A stretch of 39,254 nucleotides of DNA from a virus (Duplodnaviria; Caudoviricetes). A model generated the notes under the pieces. The model made no database searches. It saw only the letters and a program-made list of their open reading frames with translations, and was not told the DNA's origin. This document shows positions 25,086 through 34,726 of this stretch, piece after piece. The DNA lies in the IMG/VR virus record IMGVR_UViG_3300048861_000058, positions 1 through 39,254 of that record; one strand, written 5' to 3'. Both the position numbers and the translations under genes were made by a program. How positions within the stretch are numbered: the stretch's first letter is position 1; each line of letters begins with the position of its first letter.

Positions 25086-26252
25086 TTAGATCGTCCACAC
25101 GGCCAGTTGAATCGCATCGATATAAAGTCGAACGTTGTTGTTTCCGTCAAACTCGAAATGGATGCGGCCGGTTGCGACGTTAGACGTTGGGTAGTTCCCC
25201 GCCGCCTGTTTTGTCCCCGGGTCAAAATTGCCGGTCGTCCAGAACGTTTGCTGAACGGCGTTGTCGATGTTTATGCCAGGAGATGTTCCATTCCAGGTGA
25301 GCCCATAGATGTGGGTATCCCGCGACACCGCATAGTTCCCTGTCGGTTGCCGCGTCGATATCTGGCCCGCGATGTAGTCAAAGAGGTTGCTTCCCCAAGC
25401 AGCCCCCACGATATTTCCATCGGCTCCCAAGTAGGCCGTACCGTTGCCTGCTTGAACCACTCCACCGGAGGTTACGACAGGCGCGGATATTCCTCCCGAA
25501 AACGCCGCACCGGACAGGTTTGCCTTTGAATTGAGTGCAGTCTGAGTTGCCGTAGAGATCGGCTTGTTAGCATCCGATGTGTTGTCGACGTTCGACAGCC
25601 CGATAGACGACTTGGAGTAGACCTGAACGTAAGCCGACCCACTCCATTCCATCACGCCCGTTCCAGGCAGGTAGATTGGGCCGATATTCGAACCAGGCGA
25701 GGACGAGACTTGCTGAAGCGCTGACTGCCAACTCGCGTTTGTCCCGTCTGTCTTAAGGAATTTCCCTGCATTCGACGCCTGCGAAGGCAATGAAGATTGG
25801 AACTGCGCTTGGTCTACATAGTCATAGACGGCCTGAGAATTCCCAGCCAGCAGTCGATAGTTCGTCCCATCACAGACCACTACTACCATGCAGCCATTCG
25901 TAATGGCATTGGCCCTTAGGGCCGATCCCTCCGGGTTCTGGATCGCCACCGCTGAAAGGGAGCCGATCTTGAGCGTCGATGCTCCGGTATTGGCGTGGTT
26001 CGCCTTGAAAATGATGATCGTATTGGCCTTGATCGAAGCAGGCGCAGGGCTGATCGTGACAACGTAGTCGTTCGTCGTCGCTCCTTGGGCTTCCGAGCCT
26101 GCAATCAGGACTTCCCCTGGAAACCCTGCAAAGCAGTGAGTCAGGACCGTTTTGACTAACCGGAAGTTATCGTCGCCCTCAGACTTCGGCGCGCTTCCAT
26201 CAGGCTTGGTAGGGTCTAGTCCCGCGATGTAGTTGGTGCTTTCAACCGCCAT
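25086..26252 (-). CDS. Tail fibre protein
   Basis: EGDDNFRLVKTVL N-terminus, NTGASTL, AGKFLKTDGT.ASW, IGLSNVDNTSDANKPISTATQTAL fibre motifs. Confidence 0.78.
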   Translation of the reverse strand: MAVESTNYIAGLDPTKPDGSAPKSEGDDNFRLVKTVLTHCFAGFPGEVLIAGSEAQGATTNDYVVTISPAPASIKANTIIIFKANHANTGASTLKIGSLSAVAIQNPEGSALRANAITNGCMVVVVCDGTNYRLLAGNSQAVYDYVDQAQFQSSLPSQASNAGKFLKTDGTNASWQSALQQVSSSPGSNIGPIYLPGTGVMEWSGSAYVQVYSKSSIGLSNVDNTSDANKPISTATQTALNSKANLSGAAFSGGISAPVVTSGGVVQAGNGTAYLGADGNIVGAAWGSNLFDYIAGQISTRQPTGNYAVSRDTHIYGLTWNGTSPGINIDNAVQQTFWTTGNFDPGTKQAAGNYPTSNVATGRIHFEFDGNNNVRLYIDAIQLAVWTI

Positions 26253-26830
26253 TACGTCCTCGCCCGTCCAATTGACAACGCAGCACCGGCAAACCGCGCC
26301 TGGTCATCTGCGAGCTGAATTCCTTGAATTGCCGAGTCCCCACGGTCCTTCCACATCGGCATCCGAGCGTCGTTCAACAGATACGGCTCGGCTTCCGTCA
26401 ACGCCCCAAATAAGTAGGCGTCCGGGTGGTTCTGAAGTACCCAATTTGTAGCGTTTTCAGTACTCAACGCAGGAATGCGCGCGTAGTACAGGAGATTGAT
26501 CGAAGCGGTATCTCCAGATACGCGGATCATGTTGCCTTGAAGCACGTAGTACCCCGCTTCCAGTTCACCGCCGAACTGGATCGAGGTCATCAAGTCCAAC
26601 TCGTCCGTGCCGTCATCGATCAACACGGGTTCCAGAAAATCCGAAGGCAGCACAGCGCTACCACCGAACACTCCTAGTTGAGCCGTAGTCCTTTGCTTGG
26701 TCGTTCTCAGCACTCGATTGATCCGCGATTCAAACAACGCAATGAAATCCGGAATCCGTGCCGTTTGGTCCTTCCGCTTGATCCAACCCGCTATAGAAGC
26801 GGTCAGCGCCGAATAGTTCTCAAAGCTCAT
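26252..26830 (-). CDS. Head-tail adaptor protein
   Basis: IPDFIALFESRINR.LR...LPSDFL...TNWVL..HPDAYLFGAL.EA. Confidence 0.75.
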   Translation of the reverse strand: MSFENYSALTASIAGWIKRKDQTARIPDFIALFESRINRVLRTTKQRTTAQLGVFGGSAVLPSDFLEPVLIDDGTDELDLMTSIQFGGELEAGYYVLQGNMIRVSGDTASINLLYYARIPALSTENATNWVLQNHPDAYLFGALTEAEPYLLNDARMPMWKDRGDSAIQGIQLADDQARFAGAALSIGRART

Positions 26831-27129
26831 CGCTTGTCCACGAGAAAGTAGCTGTGCTCAGGATCGGCCAAGAACTCTTCCAACAAGCTCACATCACGCA
26901 TCACGTCATCGAATCCCAAGCCTCTACGCTTTGCCCACGAATCCAACACCACGATAGGAACCCGAGCTAGATGCCGGTCCCCATTGGGGCGCGTCCACTT
27001 CCCTTCGTTGTGAAGAGCTTTGGCGTGCTCCAGGATCGGTTCCACGTCCCGGATCGTCTCAATGGCGTACTTGCCATCAGCTTCGAGGAAGCGGGTGATC
27101 TTGCCGGGCGATTGGTTCAGGATGCGCAT
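26827..27129 (-). CDS. Hypothetical virion-region protein (100 aa)
   Basis: DVEPILE...HLARVP.VV...W; follows the capsid gene. Confidence 0.7.
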   Translation of the reverse strand: MRILNQSPGKITRFLEADGKYAIETIRDVEPILEHAKALHNEGKWTRPNGDRHLARVPIVVLDSWAKRRGLGFDDVMRDVSLLEEFLADPEHSYFLVDKR

Positions 27130-27157
27130 AAAAAAAGAGCCGGGTTATTAGCCCGGC
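27130..27157 (-). terminator. Intrinsic terminator after the capsid gene
   Basis: GCCGGG/CCCGGC stem followed by TC-TTTTTTT on the minus strand. Confidence 0.75.
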
Positions 27158-27176
27158 CCTTCTGGGGTTGCTGACG

Positions 27177-28115
27177 TTAGGTAAGGTCGCGCACGGCGAA
27201 GTTGCCCAGCGGCGCTTGACACTGCAGCGTCCACTCGGTGTTGACCATGCGCTTGCGGTTGTCACCCGTCTTCGCCAGGTCAATCGCCGTCATGGGACGC
27301 AACACGCGCTGCTTCCACAAGGCCGGGTCGATACCGAACACTTCACGCTGACGCTGATACCGGCTGTTGATGACCTTGTAGATGCCAAAGTCGCCACGGT
27401 AGATATCGATCGTCGCGTTCAGGGTCGTGTCCGAAGTCACCGTGAACTTGGTGCTGTTCGCGTCGAACCCGGAGAACACCGCACGCTGAGACGACGGGAT
27501 ATACAGCGACAGGTTCGCCTTCGCGCCAGAGTTCCACGCCTTGGTGGCCGCTTCGTTCAAGAGCGTTTCGGTAAACGCACGCTGAGTACCGTCCGTCTGA
27601 GCGGTGTTCGTAGCGGGGTTGGGATCAGCGCCACCCGAACCAATGCTGGTGTTCTGGTAAATGAACCCAAGAACACCCCGAGCTTGGGGAGCCGTACCGG
27701 ACGCAGCCGCGATGGCGGTGGAGTTCTGCAAGGAGGCGAACTCGATATCGCGCTTCAGTTCCACCATCTTCTTGGCGTCTTGATACGCGACTTCGGACTT
27801 GCGGCCGTACTTGTCCACAACTTCCTGAGTCATCGTCACCGCATACGTCTTGGACGAAATCTGCGTCCGGTTCGACAGCATGACGGTCGGGTCCAACGCG
27901 GCCGGAGTGGGTTCGTCGCCCTGTTCAACCTTGTTGTTCGACGGAGCATCGAGTTCGTCAGTCTGCCACTCCGGATTCACCGAAGTGCATTTGCTTCGAC
28001 CGATGGCCGAAATGAAGGGGGTTTCTTCCGGATCGGTCCGGTAGATTTGATCGTCCACTTCCTCGCTGTCGCCGACAGCATTGTAGGAAGCAAACGAGTT
28101 AGCCAGCTTTGCCAT
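27177..28115 (-). CDS. Major capsid protein (DUF5309-type)
   Basis: P.ETPF.S.IG, EWQTDEL, NRTQI, ELKRDIE, LAKTGD; follows the scaffold. Confidence 0.9.
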   Translation of the reverse strand: MAKLANSFASYNAVGDSEEVDDQIYRTDPEETPFISAIGRSKCTSVNPEWQTDELDAPSNNKVEQGDEPTPAALDPTVMLSNRTQISSKTYAVTMTQEVVDKYGRKSEVAYQDAKKMVELKRDIEFASLQNSTAIAAASGTAPQARGVLGFIYQNTSIGSGGADPNPATNTAQTDGTQRAFTETLLNEAATKAWNSGAKANLSLYIPSSQRAVFSGFDANSTKFTVTSDTTLNATIDIYRGDFGIYKVINSRYQRQREVFGIDPALWKQRVLRPMTAIDLAKTGDNRKRMVNTEWTLQCQAPLGNFAVRDLT

Positions 28116-28118
28116 GAT

Positions 28119-29063
28119 TTAACCTTTTCGTTGCGCCATGAGAATCCCGGCCAAGGAATCAACGTTCCGTTTGGCAGCGTGGGTTTTCACGGCCTTGTCA
28201 ATGGAAGAAGGCGGGGTAGAACGCGTCTGTTTGGCGGGTTTCGTCACTGACGCTTTCCTCACTGCCTCGGGCTTGCGGGTTTGCAGGTCGCGATACTTCG
28301 CGGCATCGTCAAGCATTCGGAAGACGCGTGGATCAGTCACTTGGCTCAACTCCTTCGGGGAAAACCCGTAGGTTTCGGTCGCGTGCTTGTTCCACACTTT
28401 CAGGCGTTCTGAGAAATCCGGCATTTCTGCAGACAAGGCTTTCGCAGTTTCCTGCTGGGCCTTCTTCACCTGCTCGTCCTTCTGCTCCTGCATAAGCTGT
28501 GATGCTTTGCCAAGGCGGTCCGTCAGCTCGGCTACCGTGCTTCGTGCGGTTTGAAGGTCGGATTGAACAATGGCGTAGCGCGCGGGGTCATCATTGCGGT
28601 TGATCTGCTTCAACGCAGATTCCAGATGCATCGCTGCGGCTCGGGCCATGTGCAATTCGCCGATCTTCTCGCCATACAAATTCATGGTCTCGATCTGGCG
28701 CTGCGCTTGGGTCTGGATCTCGGCTTCCGCCTGCTCACGCTCCTTGGACAAGGCTTGGGTCTTCTGGCGGTAGTCCTGATCCCGCATGTAACCCGCCTGC
28801 ATTTCCTTCTCAGGCACCTCGTACTCGGTTCCATCGGCAGTCTTCCACTTGACGATGCGGTCCTGCGACGATTCCTCTTCGGGTTGATCGCCCTCACCGT
28901 CTTCTTCGGTGTCCTCTTCGTCTTGCGGTTCCTGCTCCTGGCCTTCGTCCTCGTCTTCCTCCGATTCGGATTCCGTTTCCGGTTGATCTTCTTCGGGTTC
29001 GTCTTTGTCTTTCGACTCCGCCAAGGTTTCGGCCAGGCTGTCCAGGGTGAATTCTTCAGGCAT
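28119..29063 (-). CDS. Capsid scaffolding protein
   Basis: Very acidic N-terminus, GYMRDQDYRQKTQAL, coiled coil, YGFS..EL..V.DPR. Confidence 0.82.
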   Translation of the reverse strand: MPEEFTLDSLAETLAESKDKDEPEEDQPETESESEEDEDEGQEQEPQDEEDTEEDGEGDQPEEESSQDRIVKWKTADGTEYEVPEKEMQAGYMRDQDYRQKTQALSKEREQAEAEIQTQAQRQIETMNLYGEKIGELHMARAAAMHLESALKQINRNDDPARYAIVQSDLQTARSTVAELTDRLGKASQLMQEQKDEQVKKAQQETAKALSAEMPDFSERLKVWNKHATETYGFSPKELSQVTDPRVFRMLDDAAKYRDLQTRKPEAVRKASVTKPAKQTRSTPPSSIDKAVKTHAAKRNVDSLAGILMAQRKG

Positions 29064-29093
29064 TGCTAGTTCCCTATTAGGTTTGTCTCCAAC

Positions 29094-29116
29094 AAAAAAG
29101 CCACCCGAAGGTGGCT
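29094..29116 (-). terminator. Intrinsic terminator within the late operon
   Basis: AGCCACC-TTCG-GGTGGC-TTTTTT on the minus strand. Confidence 0.85.
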
Positions 29117-29168
29117 AAGTCGGTTGGACTTTCTAACGGCCGCAATCAATAGGCTTGCGGCAGGCCCT

Positions 29169-29582
29169 TTAATGTTCCGAGCCGTCGCTGTACTGAGCTT
29201 TCGCCTTTCCTTTGGCAACTCGAATTCCGGCATGCTTGCCGTGGTAAATACCTTTCGTGTCCGGCGCCTTCGGATGAGTAATCGCCGTAACCACGACACC
29301 ACGCTCCTGCGCTGCCACCTCGTGTTTATGCACGAACGCATCGAAGGGCGGTAGGTCGTCATCCTGATCAGGTGCCGGCACTTCCAGTTCAGCCTTCGCG
29401 GCAAATGTGGTCGCCTGCTGGTGCGTGGACTCACCCACAACCGGCATCTTCTGTTCTTCGCCTACCTGAGCTTCGTGCTTGACCGGCTCAACTTGAGCTT
29501 GTGGTTTCACAACAGCATCGTTGCTGCCGCCAGTCTGTTGGCCCTTGAGTTCGCGGGCTTGCTGCTTCTTGTCCTGTTTCAT
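29169..29582 (-). CDS. Hypothetical protein (137 aa)
   Basis: ATGA overlap, AGGAG RBS. Confidence 0.7.
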   Translation of the reverse strand: MKQDKKQQARELKGQQTGGSNDAVVKPQAQVEPVKHEAQVGEEQKMPVVGESTHQQATTFAAKAELEVPAPDQDDDLPPFDAFVHKHEVAAQERGVVVTAITHPKAPDTKGIYHGKHAGIRVAKGKAKAQYSDGSEH

Positions 29583-29881
29583 TTCAAGTACTCCTTGATC
29601 CGTTGAAGGAATGTCTTGCTTGGTGGCTCAATCCCCAGCATCTGGCGTGCCGCTGCACCGTTTTGCAAGTAGCCTTCGAAGATTTGGATGAAGCGATTCT
29701 TGGCCTGAAGGATTCGGTGCAGTTCCTCGCGATCCGCCGCGGTCAAAGGCCCAGAAGCCCACAGCTCGTGAATCTGTTCGTCAATCAACGACAGGGCTTC
29801 CAAGACCAACGGGTCTTGCATGATCCTGTCGGCAGCCTCAGCCCGATTAAGGGCCTGCTGATCTTCGTCAGAGAGTTGCAT
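29579..29881 (-). CDS. Hypothetical head-region protein (100 aa)
   Basis: TGATG coupling; helical. Confidence 0.7.
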   Translation of the reverse strand: MQLSDEDQQALNRAEAADRIMQDPLVLEALSLIDEQIHELWASGPLTAADREELHRILQAKNRFIQIFEGYLQNGAAARQMLGIEPPSKTFLQRIKEYLK

Positions 29882-30180
29882 CAGGTCGCCGTGTAGGTGG
29901 CCGTCACGTTGTGGTTGACGACATTAAGCGTCACCGTGCCAGTGGCGACCGTCAGCGTCTGGCCGTCCTGGACAACTGCCTTATTCGTCGGCAGCGGATA
30001 CGTGGGCGTGAAGTTGATCCCGTTGGTGTGGTCCCAAACCTGCATCCACCCCATGTTGGTCATGACGTAGATGTCACCCTGATCCGAGATCGCAGCCTGA
30101 CCCGGGTTTGCATCTACTAGGCCCGTCAAAGACTGGACGCTGCGAACCGCGTCGTTGATGCTGTGGATTAGATAAGCCAT
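29881..30180 (-). CDS. Hypothetical protein (99 aa)
   Basis: Starts immediately after the portal stop; beta-rich C-terminus. Confidence 0.7.
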   Translation of the reverse strand: MAYLIHSINDAVRSVQSLTGLVDANPGQAAISDQGDIYVMTNMGWMQVWDHTNGINFTPTYPLPTNKAVVQDGQTLTVATGTVTLNVVNHNVTATYTAT

Positions 30181-32304
30181 TTACATTCCTATAGGTCGGT
30201 GAATCTCAGCCGCCGTTTCAATGTCCTTGCGGTTCTGCTCGCGGGTATCCAATACCGCCTTGTTCACGGCCTGGCCGCGCTGCAATGCCAACTGTTCCTG
30301 CTTGATCTGAAGCTCAACGCCGGCTTGTTGGAGTTGCGTCTGCTTGATCTGGAAGTCCAATGCTTTCGCTTCCCTGGCTGCTTGAACCTGTTCCTGCTTA
30401 CCCTGTAGCGTGATCTGCGCCGCCTGGACCTGAGCCTGAGCCAATTGAGCTGTTCCGGGGTCTTGCCCTTGCTGGGGCGGCGGCATCTGTGCATTCCCTG
30501 GGTCGGTCCAGAACTTGTCTACGTTCTTCAACCCTGCGACTTTGACCATCATCGCCAGGGTGTTGTAGACGTTCTTCAGCGTCACCAATGGCGCACCTGC
30601 GGCCATAGCAGTTTGTTGCGATTGCAGGGTTTGAGTCAGCGCCGCCATGACCAGCGACTTGTCTCCCGTGCCTTGTCCCGTTTCTATCGTGACGTCCATC
30701 TCCGGGTTCCATGGAGACGGATCGACCTCTACCCATTGGTTATTGAGCCGGATCGTCGCGGCCTTGTCCTGGTACGTCGTGACGATGCGAAGCAACAGAC
30801 GAAACAGGTCTTTAACGCCTGTCTCAGCCATGATCCTCGCCATCATCCGCATACGACGATCACCGGCGCCCATGATCTTCGCGACACCGGTAGCCGTCTT
30901 GTTCAGGCTATCAGCATCAAGACCCTGGTTGTAGCGAGTAATCCCGGTCCTGGACTCACGCTTCGAGTCCATGAACTCGATGCCGGTCAACGCATCACCA
31001 GCGACGTTGGTCGTCACCAATGGCGAGATAGCATTTGCCATCGGCTGGTTACCACGGACAATCCCGCCAATCCGGTTGTTCAGTAGATCGTCCAGGTTTA
31101 CCTGGGCCTGGGTGTTGACATACGTCCTGGGATTGTTCGCAAGTGCCAGAGAATCGATGTACTGGCGCTGCATCTCGGTAGACATATCCTGGATCGGGAC
31201 CACAGGATCGGCCAGCGCCATCCCCACCAGGCGATGAGGGATGAGAATAGGCGTGAGCGTCACGAACTCATGACATTCCGCCTCTTCGTTCAACAGCGTG
31301 AGGTTCCCACCCCGGACGACCTTGCGCCACTCCGCAATACCGTCGCCGTCGTAGTCCAGCCGGATAAAGCCGTCGAATACAAGAACTTCCTCGGTTGACT
31401 TGTCGGGCCAATCCTGGCTTTCCCTCTGCGACTGAAGTTCGTCGTTCGCCGTCTGAGCGATTCCACCTTCTTCAGAGATAATCGTGTCAAAGGACAGGAC
31501 ATTGGCCGCATCGTCCTTGTCGTAGCCCAGCTCCACCATGTCGGAACGAGACAGGTACTTCATCTCGCCCACAATGTCAGCCGCAGCCAGCGTCTTCGCC
31601 CGAGGCGTGATGATGAAGTTCTCAGGCTGTACGTTGTCGATATAAGTCCGACCCTGCTTCTTGGCCGTCTTGATCGTCACGTCGTAGAGCTGCCTCACCG
31701 GCTGCTGTAGATACGCCTCAGCTTGAGCCCGCATATCCGGCGCCATCGTATTAAGCGCTGACATGATCTGCCGGCGGACCTGCAAGTCTTGAGGATCGTC
31801 GGAGGTTGACTGCGCCGACACCTCCGAATCCGGGTCTTGCAGAAGCATCGTGAGCTGATCCTCGTCCAGCCCTTGATAGTTCTTCTTCCTGACCTTATCG
31901 CATACCGCCCAATACGCCCGGACAATCCCGATCTTCGACAGCATGGCGTCTTTCAGCCATGTGTTCAGGATCATGAATCCCGGGTTCTGCTTCAGGAATA
32001 CATAGTTGATGTAGTCCGTCGCTTGACCTGCATACGCCTCGTCCTCTTGGCCAACAGGTTCGAACTCCGCTACGTTGTCCCCGGACAGGAAGATTTCAAC
32101 CAGGTCAGGTAGCGCAGACTCAATGACCTCGAATACGTCCCAGGAGACGGCCTGAGAACGGCCAGCAGGTGCGCGGACATGTTCACCCAGGTACGCCCTA
32201 TAGTTCCTGTCCCGGTCGTGCTTAAGGTGTTCCTCTTGCCACTGAGCAGCCTCGTTGATCTGGCTATCGAGCGACTTCTCAAACTCGTCATCAGTCATCG
32301 CCAT
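30181..32304 (-). CDS. Portal protein (P22-like, long Gln-rich C-terminal barrel)
   Basis: 707 aa after terL; FEPVG.EDE..A.QATDYINY, TGITRYNQG, TATG. Confidence 0.92.
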   Translation of the reverse strand: MAMTDDEFEKSLDSQINEAAQWQEEHLKHDRDRNYRAYLGEHVRAPAGRSQAVSWDVFEVIESALPDLVEIFLSGDNVAEFEPVGQEDEAYAGQATDYINYVFLKQNPGFMILNTWLKDAMLSKIGIVRAYWAVCDKVRKKNYQGLDEDQLTMLLQDPDSEVSAQSTSDDPQDLQVRRQIMSALNTMAPDMRAQAEAYLQQPVRQLYDVTIKTAKKQGRTYIDNVQPENFIITPRAKTLAAADIVGEMKYLSRSDMVELGYDKDDAANVLSFDTIISEEGGIAQTANDELQSQRESQDWPDKSTEEVLVFDGFIRLDYDGDGIAEWRKVVRGGNLTLLNEEAECHEFVTLTPILIPHRLVGMALADPVVPIQDMSTEMQRQYIDSLALANNPRTYVNTQAQVNLDDLLNNRIGGIVRGNQPMANAISPLVTTNVAGDALTGIEFMDSKRESRTGITRYNQGLDADSLNKTATGVAKIMGAGDRRMRMMARIMAETGVKDLFRLLLRIVTTYQDKAATIRLNNQWVEVDPSPWNPEMDVTIETGQGTGDKSLVMAALTQTLQSQQTAMAAGAPLVTLKNVYNTLAMMVKVAGLKNVDKFWTDPGNAQMPPPQQGQDPGTAQLAQAQVQAAQITLQGKQEQVQAAREAKALDFQIKQTQLQQAGVELQIKQEQLALQRGQAVNKAVLDTREQNRKDIETAAEIHRPIGM

Positions 32305-33568
32305 ACATGGCTCCTAATGACGGATACTTGATCTCGCCGCCCCAATCTTCGTTTGTCATCTTCGGGGCATTGACCGCGATATAACGCAGGTTGTCCGCGC
32401 CGTGGCTGAATTCATCGTGCAAAGGCGCTCCGGGCTCATTCGTCGTCTGGTTGATGCTTCTGCGGTATCGCTTGGCACACTGCACAATCCGATCCGCCTT
32501 CACCTTGTCAAAGACCATTTGGGGAAACGCCATCCGAACCAAGCGTATCCCTTCCTCAACCTTCATGTTGTCCGTGATCTCGACCGTCCAGCCCATCGCC
32601 TGCATGATCTCTCGGGCTGATTTGCCGGTCTTGAAGTCTCGATGCTCCCCGTCATGCGGCAGGAAGAGCTTCCCCCAATTCATGTTCTTCTTCTTCAGTT
32701 CCGCCGACCACCAATCCAGCGTCTTGTGGCTGTCTTCCAGGTTTTCGATCACGCGAATCTCGGACCTGACCTTCTGAACCAGTGAGATCGACATTGCGTC
32801 GTTCCAGCCCAGGTCAAAGACCACATGAACTTTCAGCAGCGGGTCGTACGGAATGTTGGCGATCCTGCCCTGATCCTGGGCGGCTTGAATTTCGTCGTAG
32901 TAGATCGCCCCAGCAACAGCTGGAAGACATTTGCCCTCCCATATCTGGGCGTAACCTTTGGGATCGCGTGCCAAGCAATCCTGGCGCTCCTGTTCCAAGA
33001 CCTTCGGAAACCACGGGTTGTCGCTGTAGTTCATCTGAACCACCACAGCGTTTTGCGGCGGGTTCAGCACGAAGCGCGCATATGTCTCGTCGGTATCGAG
33101 CTCAGGATTGAGGGAAATCCAAATCTCTGACCCGTCTTTACGAATGGTCGGATTCAGAATGTCCCAGGACCGCTTACTGATCTTCTGGGCTTCCTCGCAC
33201 CATACGTAATCAACACCCTCGTAGGACTTGATCGACTCCACCGTATGATCGGCTAAGCCAGCGAAGAGGAACTCCGTACCGTTCGCGCCTCGTATCTCGG
33301 TATTCAACACCGTGTAGAACCAGGACAGGCCCAATACCTCAACCTGATCCGACAGGAGCTTGTGCACTGAGTCCTTGATCGACTTCTGGACCTCCCGCGT
33401 GCACAGGATGCGGACTTTCTTCTGTGTGCCCAACGCCAATAGCGCACGGGCAAATGACCAGGACTTAGCCGACCCTCGCCCACCGTGCGCCACCTTGTAT
33501 CGGGCAGGCAGGAACAGACACTGGAGCTTCTCTGGGAACTCCAGCTCCGGTAACTCTCGGGCGCCCAT
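32291..33568 (-). CDS. terL: Terminase large subunit (PBSX/XtmB type)
   Basis: HGGRGSAKS Walker A, CTREVQKSI.DS, WCEEAQ Walker B, FDLG..D, HD..SHGAD. Confidence 0.95.
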   Translation of the reverse strand: MGARELPELEFPEKLQCLFLPARYKVAHGGRGSAKSWSFARALLALGTQKKVRILCTREVQKSIKDSVHKLLSDQVEVLGLSWFYTVLNTEIRGANGTEFLFAGLADHTVESIKSYEGVDYVWCEEAQKISKRSWDILNPTIRKDGSEIWISLNPELDTDETYARFVLNPPQNAVVVQMNYSDNPWFPKVLEQERQDCLARDPKGYAQIWEGKCLPAVAGAIYYDEIQAAQDQGRIANIPYDPLLKVHVVFDLGWNDAMSISLVQKVRSEIRVIENLEDSHKTLDWWSAELKKKNMNWGKLFLPHDGEHRDFKTGKSAREIMQAMGWTVEITDNMKVEEGIRLVRMAFPQMVFDKVKADRIVQCAKRYRRSINQTTNEPGAPLHDEFSHGADNLRYIAVNAPKMTNEDWGGEIKYPSLGAMYGDD

Positions 33569-34009
33569 TTACTCGCCTGGCGCCTTGAACTTGATCGTCA
33601 GAGCCATGTTCAGCGGCTCATCGGGGTTTCCCACATGCTCGATCTTGTCTCCGTACTTCTTCGGAGCCATCTTGGCTGCTAGCCATTTCCGAGCATCGAC
33701 CCTCAGGCGAGAACGAGCGACGATTTCCTGATTGGTGCGCTCGTTGCCGTCCTCGTCCGTGTAGGTGTCATTGCGACCGTCATCCGCGATTTCCAGGATT
33801 TCCTCAGCCATCCGGTCCGCCTGGGCTTCTCTCGCGCGCGCGTATTGGTTGCGGAAGTCTGGGTGCGCCTCAATCCACCGCATAACCGTAGGCAGTGAAG
33901 GTATGTCCTCGGAGGCGCAGATCGTCCTCAAGCTCTCGCCTTCCGCCAGGCGAGTGCATATCTTGTCTGCCTTCTCTTGCGTGTATGAGGACGGGCGACC
34001 GACTGGCAT
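33569..34009 (-). CDS. terS: Terminase small subunit
   Basis: GRPSSYT, GESLRTIC, YARARE, RLRVDARKW..AKMAPKKYGD. Confidence 0.92.
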   Translation of the reverse strand: MPVGRPSSYTQEKADKICTRLAEGESLRTICASEDIPSLPTVMRWIEAHPDFRNQYARAREAQADRMAEEILEIADDGRNDTYTDEDGNERTNQEIVARSRLRVDARKWLAAKMAPKKYGDKIEHVGNPDEPLNMALTIKFKAPGE

Positions 34010-34011
34010 GA

Positions 34012-34248
34012 TTAGCAAGTAATGGCGGGATAACTGTCCCAAGGCCAACTCGGCAACAGCCGCCTAGTGTCCCAGGGTTGGGCGGGCCGATACGGAGTGA
34101 CGCTTGGAACAGATACGGGCGGAGTGACCTTGCGAAACACGGTGGCCAAATGCTCTTTAACTGCCTGCCATTGGGCGTCGGTCGGCGGCTTGCCGGATTC
34201 CAGCTCTACGAATCCGTTAAGCCAGTAGGCGAATTGTTCCGCCGTCAC
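34012..34248 (-). CDS. Hypothetical phage protein (78 aa)
   Basis: GTGA overlap; EQFAYWLNGFVEL...QW..VKEHL.TVF.KVTP. Confidence 0.7.
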   Translation of the reverse strand: MTAEQFAYWLNGFVELESGKPPTDAQWQAVKEHLATVFRKVTPPVSVPSVTPYRPAQPWDTRRLLPSWPWDSYPAITC

Positions 34249-34463
34249 TGCTGAGCATCCTGAGCGGGCGCATCCGTAGCGGCATCCTGAGCAACCTGCT
34301 CTTTCTTGCCCTCGAACATCGCCTCGATGTAACCCCACTCGCCTTCAGCCCAATCGAACATCTCTTTGAGCTTGTCCTTTACTTCGTCCAGCAGGGAATG
34401 CTTCTCGGCAACCGAGACGGTCGGAGTCGCCGGAGCGGCGGGAACTTGGGTTTCGTCAGTCAT
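34245..34463 (-). CDS. Hypothetical protein (72 aa)
   Basis: AGGT RBS before MTDETQ. Confidence 0.6.
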   Translation of the reverse strand: MTDETQVPAAPATPTVSVAEKHSLLDEVKDKLKEMFDWAEGEWGYIEAMFEGKKEQVAQDAATDAPAQDAQQ

Positions 34464-34477
34464 ACGACACCTGGAAG

Positions 34478-34497
34478 AAAAAAGCGCCCGAAGGCGC
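34478..34497 (-). terminator. Intrinsic terminator
   Basis: GCGCC-TTCG-GGCGC-TTTTTT on the minus strand. Confidence 0.8.
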
Positions 34498-34518
34498 AAA
34501 GCTCTGGGGAGCAGAGAC

Positions 34519-34677
34519 TTAAATGATTCCGGTCAGTACAAGAATCAGGAGGATTACGAACACCACGCCGATTCCACCTACCGGGTAATAGCCCCAACTC
34601 GCGGCATACGGCCAAGTCGGCAACGTACCTACAAGCAGGACTACCAGCACAATCAGCAAGATCGTGGTTAACGGCAT
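34519..34677 (-). CDS. DUF3309-like small membrane protein (52 aa)
   Basis: MPLTTILLIVLVVLLVGTLPTWPYAASWGYYPVGGIGVVFVILLILVLTGII; GGAG RBS; not in the ORF track. Confidence 0.8.
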   Translation of the reverse strand: MPLTTILLIVLVVLLVGTLPTWPYAASWGYYPVGGIGVVFVILLILVLTGII

Positions 34678-34686
34678 GGCGACTCC

Positions 34687-34726
34687 AAAATGAAAGCGCC
34701 ACCAGGCTTGGAAGCGAGGTGGCGCT
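34687..34726 (-). terminator. tR'-like terminator
   Basis: AGCGCCACC/GGTGGCGCT 9-bp stem followed by TTCATTTT on the minus strand. Confidence 0.6.

Noticed and set aside
25086-26252. Diversity-generating retroelement target (BPP-1-like)
   Set aside because: No reverse transcriptase gene and no template/variable repeat pair seen
27168-28250. 360-aa plus-strand ORF opposite the capsid gene, and similar long antisense ORFs elsewhere
   Set aside because: Codon-bias shadow of highly expressed genes; no RBS or motifs
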